Below, piece after piece: positions 27,450 to 34,327 of a DNA stretch of 34,327 nt. The translations under genes and the position numbers were made by a program. Below the pieces are notes generated by a model. The model worked only from the letters and a program-made list of their open reading frames with translations, was not told the DNA's origin and ran no database searches. The stretch lies in sequence record SRR31156797_6791; one strand, written 5' to 3'. Positions within the stretch are counted from its first letter, which is position 1, and each line of letters begins with the position of its first letter.

Positions 27450-27953
27450 ATGAAAACTTTAAATCTTAACAACTTCAGAAAAATTACTTTAGTTACTTTA
27501 TTGTTAACAAATATTTGTTCCAGTGTATTTGCTTCCGGATTAAAAAAAATGGAACCTATGCCAATTGCTCCTGTAGTGAGTACTAATTTCGAATATTTAA
27601 TCTATTCGTTATCAATTGAAGAAGCCACAGAAGAAAGCCTTCCTGTTGAAGATTGGATGTTAAATCCAGATTTATTTTTAGATCATGAGGAAGAAGAACT
27701 TGAACTTGAAGCCTGGATGACTGATGTAGATTCTTTTTTAGATACTGAAAGTGAACCTGCTTTAGCATTAGAAGGTTGGATGATGGATCTAAATGCTTTT
27801 GATGTAGAACAAGATGTTACTCTTGCCCTTGAAAATTGGATGACAGATCTTAACAGTTTTATTCCAGAAAACTCAGAACCTGAATTAATGGTTGAAAACT
27901 GGATGACAGATTTAGATGCTTTTATTTGTAATGATGTTTATGCTCTTAAATAA
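27450..27953 (+). CDS. Secreted acidic protein with five tandem ~20-aa 'L.LE.WM.D...F' repeats, function unknown
   Basis: Signal peptide ending SVFA; repeats LPVEDWMLNPDLF, LELEAWMTDVDSF, LALEGWMMDLNAF, LALENWMTDLNSF, LMVENWMTDLDAF. Confidence 0.85.
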   Translation: MKTLNLNNFRKITLVTLLLTNICSSVFASGLKKMEPMPIAPVVSTNFEYLIYSLSIEEATEESLPVEDWMLNPDLFLDHEEEELELEAWMTDVDSFLDTESEPALALEGWMMDLNAFDVEQDVTLALENWMTDLNSFIPENSEPELMVENWMTDLDAFICNDVYALK

Positions 27954-27999
27954 TATAGGATTCTTAAATACATATAAAATATGGCAACTAAAAGTATAT

Positions 28000-28036
28000 A
28001 GCCGTAAAACAGTAGGATTTGTTTTACGGCTTTTAT
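28000..28036. terminator. Rho-independent terminator between convergent genes
   Basis: Perfect 12-bp stem agccgtaaaaca/tgttttacggct with T-run. Confidence 0.85.
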
Positions 28037-28037
28037 T

Positions 28038-29342
28038 TTACAATTGATTCAATTTTTTTCCTTTGTGCGATCCAAATAAAAAGTTCTTAGGACTCCCAAT
28101 AATCTGTTCTCCATAAATACCTGTGTGACCAGAAAATAAATAAGCCGTAGCACACGCAATGCCAATAAATACACCTGCATCTGCTCCAAACAGTTCAATT
28201 CCCATTAAAGTACATGCAATTGGAGTATTCGTTGCGCCGGAGAATACTGCTACAAATCCCATCCCTGCCAACAATGCCACTGGTAAAGGAATAAAAATAG
28301 AAAGTGCACTACCTAAGGCTGCTCCTGTATAAAACAAGGGTGTCACTTCCCCACCTTTAAAACCTGCTCCAAGCGTAAAAGAAGTAAAAAGAATTTTTAG
28401 CAGAAAATCAGAAAAGGGTAATTGGTGTTCAAAAGACTCTACAATAACCGGTACTCCCAAACCTATCCAGCGCGTAGAATGCTCTCTATCTACCAAATAA
28501 AATATCCCACCAACGGCTGCCGCTAAAACTACACCACCTATAACCGGACGTAAGGGTGGGTATTTAACTATTTTCTTAAAAAAATTACCCCAAAAATGAG
28601 TTGCATTTGAAAAAAGCATTCCTCCTAAACCAAAGCAAACACCTGCTAAAATTGCCCATAACAATTGTGGAGCCCATAAATCCGGAACAAACGGAATATG
28701 GTAATGCGTATGATGAACTGGCCACAAATGAGCGGCTTCATTGGCAAAGATAGCTGCTAAAAAACTTGGAATTATGGCATCATATCTCATTCTTCCAACA
28801 ACAAACACTTCAAGTGCAAAAACAGCTCCAGCAAGTGGTGTTCCAAAAACAGAAGCAAAACCGGCACTTACCCCGGTTACCAACAATATCTTACGGTCTT
28901 CGGGCTTCAGTTTAAACAACTTGGTAAACTGATCAGCAATGGCTCCTCCCATTTGTATCGCCGTTCCCTCTCTACCTGCAGAACCACCAAATAAATGGGT
29001 TACAATAGTACTTAGTAATACCAGCGGAGCCATTTTTAGCGGAATAATTTTTTTAGGACTATGAAATTCTTCCAGTATTTGGTTGTTTCCTTTTACCACA
29101 GACTGTCCGAAATAATGATAAACCAATCCTATTACCAATCCTCCAATTGGTAATAAAGCGATGATCCATAAATGGGACTCTCTGGTAATTGTGGCCCATT
29201 CCAGTGAAATCAAAAATATCGCAGATGCGGAACCTGCCAACAAGCCTACAATTCCACACAACAAAAGCCATTTACCTAAGTAAAGAAGTGAAGGAATAAA
29301 ACCCTCAGGAATATTTTGCTTTAATCTCTTTTTTAAACTCAT
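28038..29342 (-). CDS. CLC-family transporter, fluoride/proton antiporter (CLC-F) type
   Basis: GNNQI, GREGT and GEVTP signatures in place of the chloride-type GSGIP, GREGP and G.F.P. Confidence 0.88.
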   Translation of the reverse strand: MSLKKRLKQNIPEGFIPSLLYLGKWLLLCGIVGLLAGSASAIFLISLEWATITRESHLWIIALLPIGGLVIGLVYHYFGQSVVKGNNQILEEFHSPKKIIPLKMAPLVLLSTIVTHLFGGSAGREGTAIQMGGAIADQFTKLFKLKPEDRKILLVTGVSAGFASVFGTPLAGAVFALEVFVVGRMRYDAIIPSFLAAIFANEAAHLWPVHHTHYHIPFVPDLWAPQLLWAILAGVCFGLGGMLFSNATHFWGNFFKKIVKYPPLRPVIGGVVLAAAVGGIFYLVDREHSTRWIGLGVPVIVESFEHQLPFSDFLLKILFTSFTLGAGFKGGEVTPLFYTGAALGSALSIFIPLPVALLAGMGFVAVFSGATNTPIACTLMGIELFGADAGVFIGIACATAYLFSGHTGIYGEQIIGSPKNFLFGSHKGKKLNQL

Positions 29343-29827
29343 TATTTCTCTAAATAAAAGGCTTCAACACCCGGGTACATATACTTTTCTCGCGCCACTT
29401 CCTGGGGAAACAAAAAGTATGTTACCTTACCCATGGAACATACTTTTCCCTTACTATCTTCTATTTTTGTATTGATAATCGCCATTCTTCTATTAAAACT
29501 TTCCACTTTGGCCTTTATGATTATTGTTTCACCATCAATCATTAAAGGATTCTTATATCGTACATCCAAATTTGAAGTAACGCCTGCTGTTTCACATTTA
29601 GTGTATACTGTCCAACTGGCAATTTCATCATGGATAGTTGCCTGAATACCGCCATGTACTACATTTAAATAACCTTCAAAGTGCTTATGAGGTTCCCATT
29701 TACAAATTACTTCGTCTCCATTATCCCAGAACTCCAGCTTTAAACCAACATTATTTAAAGGAGAGCAACCAAAGCATTTATAATCATGATGCTTACTATT
29801 TACAAATGGATTAACAATTTTCTTCAT
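29342..29827 (-). CDS. PaaI-family hotdog-fold thioesterase
   Basis: CFGC...N..GL.L.F and VVHGGIQATIHDE motifs; stop codon overlaps the CLC start. Confidence 0.9.
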   Translation of the reverse strand: MKKIVNPFVNSKHHDYKCFGCSPLNNVGLKLEFWDNGDEVICKWEPHKHFEGYLNVVHGGIQATIHDEIASWTVYTKCETAGVTSNLDVRYKNPLMIDGETIIIKAKVESFNRRMAIINTKIEDSKGKVCSMGKVTYFLFPQEVAREKYMYPGVEAFYLEK

Positions 29828-29884
29828 AAGTTCTTTTTTTGATCGCATTTAACAGCAAATGTATAAGATTTCTCCTATAAACTA

Positions 29885-29919
29885 AAAATGCCGAAAAGTA
29901 GCGTTCTTTTCGGCATTTT
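29885..29919 (-). terminator. Rho-independent terminator of ferritin
   Basis: Perfect 14-bp stem aaaatgccgaaaag/cttttcggcatttt. Confidence 0.85.
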
Positions 29920-29970
29920 AATATTGTATTCCAGTCCTAAAACCAGACTCAGATAGTTATTACCTTATCA

Positions 29971-30477
29971 TTATTGTTGGCTTCCAGGTATTTCACCTCT
30001 CATTCCAGCAACATCTCTATCAAATAAATAAAGATTTTTTCCATCTAATAATTTCAATCTATCGATGATAGATGAAACAGAAGCTTCCTCTTCAATTTGT
30101 TCTGTAACAAACCACTGAATCCAGTTATGAGTTGTAAAGTCTTTTTCTTCTAAACAAACACCTACAATCTCATTAATACTTTCTGTAACAAACTCTTCGT
30201 GTTTTAAAGTTTCTTCAAATACTTCCTGAACAGTACTAAAGTCTGCTGGTGGTTGAGCAACAGCCGGAATAACAGCTTTTCCACCTCTTTCATTCACATA
30301 CTTCATGAACTTTAGCATGTGAATTTTTTCTTCTTCAGCCTGCGCATACATCCACTCTGAAACACCTCCAAAACCATTTGTTTCAGCCCAAGAAGCCATC
30401 GACAAATATAAATTTGAAGAATATGCTTCTCTTTCAATTTGTCTTACTAAAATTTCTTCTACTGCTTTTTTCAACAT
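29971..30477 (-). CDS. ftnA: Non-heme ferritin
   Basis: E..SSNLYLSMASW, EEKIH, HE..VT..I and WFVTEQIEEE ferroxidase residues. Confidence 0.95.
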   Translation of the reverse strand: MLKKAVEEILVRQIEREAYSSNLYLSMASWAETNGFGGVSEWMYAQAEEEKIHMLKFMKYVNERGGKAVIPAVAQPPADFSTVQEVFEETLKHEEFVTESINEIVGVCLEEKDFTTHNWIQWFVTEQIEEEASVSSIIDRLKLLDGKNLYLFDRDVAGMRGEIPGSQQ

Positions 30478-30573
30478 AATTCTATCTTTTTATTGTTTTT
30501 TTCAATCTCTATACTCCCCAAAATTATAACAATTCAGTTTAAAAAATACATTTTAAGCCTTGAGTAAAGTTAT

Positions 30574-30588
30574 TTAGAATCTATCTAC
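30574..30588. promoter_or_regulatory. Fur/PerR-like box between ferritin and the carboxylase operon
   Basis: TTAGAATCTATCTAC is 12/15 identical to the box upstream of rubrerythrin. Confidence 0.4.
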
Positions 30589-30697
30589 ACAAAAGAAAAT
30601 CACTCAGTTTTAACCGATCTTTTGAAAGTAAAAGGACTTAGAAGTCTTTAATTCTCAAAATTAGTTATAACTTATAGCACAGTTAAGTCTATATTTA

Positions 30698-32203
30698 ATG
30701 ATAAAAAAGATACTTGTTGCTAACCGAGGCGAAATTGCGGTGCGCATTATGCGCTCGTGTCGCGAAATGGGCATTTTATCTGTAGCTATATTTTCTGAAG
30801 CTGATCGTACCTCCATGCATGTCAGGTATGCAGATGAAGCTTATTGTATTGGTCCTTCTCCTTCTAACGAGAGTTATTTAAGAATTGATAAAATCATTGA
30901 AGTGGCATTGCAAACCAAAGCAGATGCTATACATCCCGGCTATGGATTTCTATCTGAAAATGCAGCATTTGCCGCAAAAGTCGCAGAAAACGGCATTATT
31001 TTTATTGGTCCTCGCGCACGTGCTATATCAGACATGGGCGATAAAGTAACAGCCCGAAAGTTAATGAAAGCATCAGGTGTTCCTGTTGTTCCCGGAACGA
31101 ATAAAGCGATTTCAACAACTGAAGAACTGCATACTATTGCTAATGAAATTGGTTATCCTGTTATGATCAAGGCTTCTGCCGGTGGTGGTGGAAAAGGAAT
31201 GCGATTGGTACACCTGGAATCTGATATTGAAGCCGCTTATAATATGGCTAAGTCAGAAGCTGCATCTGCATTTGGTAACGACACGATTTATATTGAAAAA
31301 TTTATTGAATCACCACATCATATTGAATTTCAGATTTTAGCTGATCAATCAGGGAATACTATTCATTTATTTGAAAGAGAATGCTCGGTGCAGCGCAGAC
31401 ATCAAAAAGTGGTAGAAGAAACACCTTCTCCATTAATGACTCCTGAGTTGAGAAATAAAATGGGAGAATACGCCATTAAAGCAGCCCAATCTGTGGAATA
31501 TGTAGGAGCTGGAACCATCGAATTTTTAGTAGATGATAATCACAATTTTTACTTTCTGGAAATGAATACCCGATTGCAGGTTGAACATCCCATAACGGAG
31601 AGAATTACCGGAATTGATATTGTGAAAGAACAAATACACATTGCCGACGGAAAACCTCTTTCTTATAAACAAGAAGATATTGTAATGCATGGTCATTCAA
31701 TTGAATGCCGGATTTATGCTGAAGATCCTCAAAATAATTTTATGCCAAATCCCGGACTCATTAAGCACATTAGTGAGCCTTTGGGTTTAGGAGTAAGGAC
31801 AGATGGCTATGTATATAAAGGCTACGAAATTCCCATCTTTTATGACCCCATGATATCTAAACTTATCATTTGGGCTAAAACTAGGAAAGAGGCTATTGAG
31901 CGTATGAAGAGAGCGCTTTACGAATATAAAATTACAGGCGTTAAAACTTCTATTCCTTTTTTGGAGAAAATTATGGATACGCCTGATTTCAGATCAGGAA
32001 ATTACAATACTTACTTTATTGAAAAAAACGCAGACAGACTAAAAATTGATGAGCCATGTGAACTTGAATGTCAAGATATTGCCATGTTTGTAACCTATCT
32101 GGATTTTTTGAAGAAACAAGAATCCCATGTTCAGGATAACGTAACTAATAAACCCTCTCCCTGGAAGGAATTTGGTAAGAAAAGAAATATGCTAAGATTT
32201 TAA
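30698..32203 (+). CDS. accC: Biotin carboxylase subunit of an acyl-CoA (propionyl/acetyl-CoA) carboxylase
   Basis: ANRGEIA, HPGYGFLSEN, GGGGKGMR, RECSVQRRHQK, EMNTRLQVEH. Confidence 0.95.
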   Translation: MIKKILVANRGEIAVRIMRSCREMGILSVAIFSEADRTSMHVRYADEAYCIGPSPSNESYLRIDKIIEVALQTKADAIHPGYGFLSENAAFAAKVAENGIIFIGPRARAISDMGDKVTARKLMKASGVPVVPGTNKAISTTEELHTIANEIGYPVMIKASAGGGGKGMRLVHLESDIEAAYNMAKSEAASAFGNDTIYIEKFIESPHHIEFQILADQSGNTIHLFERECSVQRRHQKVVEETPSPLMTPELRNKMGEYAIKAAQSVEYVGAGTIEFLVDDNHNFYFLEMNTRLQVEHPITERITGIDIVKEQIHIADGKPLSYKQEDIVMHGHSIECRIYAEDPQNNFMPNPGLIKHISEPLGLGVRTDGYVYKGYEIPIFYDPMISKLIIWAKTRKEAIERMKRALYEYKITGVKTSIPFLEKIMDTPDFRSGNYNTYFIEKNADRLKIDEPCELECQDIAMFVTYLDFLKKQESHVQDNVTNKPSPWKEFGKKRNMLRF

Positions 32204-32213
32204 AATCAGGATT

Positions 32214-32735
32214 ATGCCTTTAGAATTAAAAATTAAAAATCGAAAAGCTAAAGTTGAAGTTTTAAATCAAACTGGTAATATCTATCATGTCAAAATTGAT
32301 GGTAAAGAATATAAATTAGATGTTTTGCAGGTAGAGAGTTCTGTTTATTCTGTGATATACAATGGCAAATCAATCAATTTAGAACTTATAGAAGGAGATA
32401 CAGTAAATCAGTATAGAGTAAATACCAGAACCGATCATTTTAAAATAGAAGTAATTGATCCTATCATACGCTATAAATCTTCCGTGATAGGAAAATCTCT
32501 CAAAACTGAAAATATTATAGAAGCTCCAATGCCAGGACGTATTGTCAAAATAATAGTCAGTGAAGGTGATACTATTGAAAAAGACGATACTGCCATCATT
32601 GTATCTGCCATGAAAATGGAGAGTGAATATAAAGCTCCTGTTTCAGGAACTGTTTCTAAAATACATGTATCAGAAGGAGATACAATAGATGGAGGTGCCA
32701 TCCTGATTGAAATAGATTCTTCAACTAATCATTAA
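32214..32735 (+). CDS. Biotin carboxyl carrier protein with an N-terminal BT-like domain
   Basis: APMPGRI and SAMKMESE biotinylation motif. Confidence 0.93.
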   Translation: MPLELKIKNRKAKVEVLNQTGNIYHVKIDGKEYKLDVLQVESSVYSVIYNGKSINLELIEGDTVNQYRVNTRTDHFKIEVIDPIIRYKSSVIGKSLKTENIIEAPMPGRIVKIIVSEGDTIEKDDTAIIVSAMKMESEYKAPVSGTVSKIHVSEGDTIDGGAILIEIDSSTNH

Positions 32736-32748
32736 ATTAATTTGTCCT

Positions 32749-34284
32749 ATGCATTCATTAAACGATAAATACAAAATATATTCAGAGAAAAACGAAGCTG
32801 CAGAGTCAGGGGGTGGTCAGGATAGAATTGAAAAACAACATAAAGCAGGTAAACTAACCGCCAGAGAAAGGATTCATCTTTTTTTAGATCCGGGAACCTT
32901 TGTTGAATTAGATAAAATGGTAGCGCATTCATGCAAAAACTTCGGCATGGATAAACAAATTATTCCGGGAGATGGTGTGGTTACCGGGTATGGTAAAGTA
33001 GATGGTAGACTAGTCTATGTTTTTGCGCAAGACTTTACAGTTTTTGGTGGATCCTTAAGTATCACCAATGCAAAAAAAATGGTAAAAGTACACCAACTTG
33101 CTTTAAAGATGGGTGCGCCGATAATCGGTCTTAATGATTCAGGAGGTGCGCGTATTCAAGAAGGTGTTCAAAGTTTAGCTGGGTATGGGGATATTTTTTA
33201 CCTGAATGTTAAAGCTTCCGGAGTTATCCCTCAAATATCGGCTATTATGGGACCGTGTGCCGGAGGTGCTGTATATTCTCCGGCTTTAACCGACTTCATC
33301 TTTATGGTTCAGGATACCAGCTATATGTTTGTCACAGGTCCTGAGGTAATAAAAACAGTTACACACGAGGATGTGAGTAAGGAAGAATTAGGTGGAGCTT
33401 ATACACATAATGCCAAAAGTGGAGTGGCTCATTTTTTAGGTAATGATGATGAGCATACCTTAATGATGATAAGAGAACTACTTAGCTTCTTACCTTCCAA
33501 TAATATGGAAGAAACGCCAATTATTCCTAGTGGAGATAAAATTAACCGTGAAGATGAATCTTTGCAAGAGTTAGTACCTGCAGATCCTAACAAACCATAC
33601 AATATGATGGACTTAATTTCTACAATAGTTGATAACCATCACTTTTTAGATGTTATGCCTCAATATGCAAAAAATATAATCACTGGATTTGCCCGTTTTA
33701 ATGGTAGATCAGTAGGTATTGTTGCCAATCAACCTTCATTTTTAGCAGGCGTTTTAGATATCAATTCCAGCATTAAGGCTGCCCGGTTTGTTCGCTTCTG
33801 CGATTCATTTAATATACCATTGGTCACCTTTGTAGATGTACCCGGATTTTTACCTGGAACAACTCAGGAGTTTGGCGGTATTATTAAACATGGAGCTAAG
33901 TTATTATATGCTTTTGCTGAGGCTTCTGTACCAAAGATAACAGTCATCACTCGAAAAGCTTATGGTGGTGCTTATGATGTAATGTCCAGTAAACATCTAA
34001 TGGCTGACGTAAACCTAGCGTTTCCTACGGCAGAAATTGCTGTCATGGGTCCTGAAGGAGCTGTAAATATTATTTTTAGAAACGAACCAGAAAATGAAAG
34101 GCTAAAAAGAGTTGAAGATTACCGTGAGAATTTTGCCAATCCTTATGGTGCTGCAGAATTAGGTTATATAGATGAAGTAATCATGCCAAGAGAAACTCGT
34201 CAGAAAATAATACAGGCCTTGGATATGACGCAAAATAAAAGTGAAACAAATCCTCCCAAAAAACATGGTAATATGCCTTTATAA
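32749..34284 (+). CDS. pccB: Acyl-CoA carboxylase carboxyltransferase (propionyl-CoA carboxylase beta / methylmalonyl-CoA decarboxylase alpha type)
   Basis: [63 protein letters not shown]. Confidence 0.9.
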   Translation: MHSLNDKYKIYSEKNEAAESGGGQDRIEKQHKAGKLTARERIHLFLDPGTFVELDKMVAHSCKNFGMDKQIIPGDGVVTGYGKVDGRLVYVFAQDFTVFGGSLSITNAKKMVKVHQLALKMGAPIIGLNDSGGARIQEGVQSLAGYGDIFYLNVKASGVIPQISAIMGPCAGGAVYSPALTDFIFMVQDTSYMFVTGPEVIKTVTHEDVSKEELGGAYTHNAKSGVAHFLGNDDEHTLMMIRELLSFLPSNNMEETPIIPSGDKINREDESLQELVPADPNKPYNMMDLISTIVDNHHFLDVMPQYAKNIITGFARFNGRSVGIVANQPSFLAGVLDINSSIKAARFVRFCDSFNIPLVTFVDVPGFLPGTTQEFGGIIKHGAKLLYAFAEASVPKITVITRKAYGGAYDVMSSKHLMADVNLAFPTAEIAVMGPEGAVNIIFRNEPENERLKRVEDYRENFANPYGAAELGYIDEVIMPRETRQKIIQALDMTQNKSETNPPKKHGNMPL

Positions 34285-34327
34285 AACTCTATAAACACAA
34301 AAAGAGCAACCACAAAAAATGTGATTG

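Noticed and set aside
27450-27953. RiPP biosynthetic cluster around the repeat protein
   Set aside because: No modifying enzyme, dedicated peptidase or ABC exporter is adjacent; the neighbours are a lactonase and CLC-F.
668-32932. Short overlapping ORFs in the track (668-1024, 4467-4721, 6554-6751, 9326-9511, 10633-10824, 12806-13084, 14895-15230, 16077-16271, 17379-17639, 17570-17767, 20220-20414, 21123-21314, 23354-23557, 23752-23949, 23986-24183, 27583-27768, 28741-28932, 29059-29271, 29433-29645, 32471-32701, 32747-32932)
   Set aside because: All overlap well-supported genes in antisense or an alternative frame and show no protein motifs.
30698-34284. SAMKM variant and split carboxylase as a novel system
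   Set aside because: The biotinylated Lys is retained, and BC, BCCP and CT as three genes is an ordinary acyl-CoA carboxylase arrangement.

Overview
AT-rich chromosomal window from a Bacteroidota bacterium, probably Marinilabiliales-like (inferred from TAnnTTTG -7 promoters, absence of Shine-Dalgarno sites and gene content). Most of it is housekeeping and metabolic: SDR, LysE exporter, PiT phosphate transporter, rubrerythrin, TPR protein, acyl-CoA synthetase, beta-barrel protein, uvrB, a xylB-xylA-xylE-ROK xylose cluster, DEAD-box helicase, orphan histidine kinase, YkgJ-type Cys protein, Imm17-like protein, DUF3352/MORN-like protein, lactonase, CLC-F exporter, thioesterase, ferritin and a three-gene biotin-dependent acyl-CoA carboxylase. 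The most interesting signals are non-coding or small. (1) A decayed IS110 at the left edge keeps an apparently intact bridge-RNA-like end whose predicted guides match sites next to the element; a probable IS982-type end interrupts its transposase. (2) Two unlinked genes for exported proteins share the same sigma54-type promoter and a near-identical enhancer at the same spacing; one encodes five acidic 'L.LE.WM.D...F' repeats. (3) A pseudoknotted, multi-stem intergenic element. (4) Co-oriented 7-bp repeat tracts that abut stop codons. No CRISPR array, rRNA or tRNA was seen.
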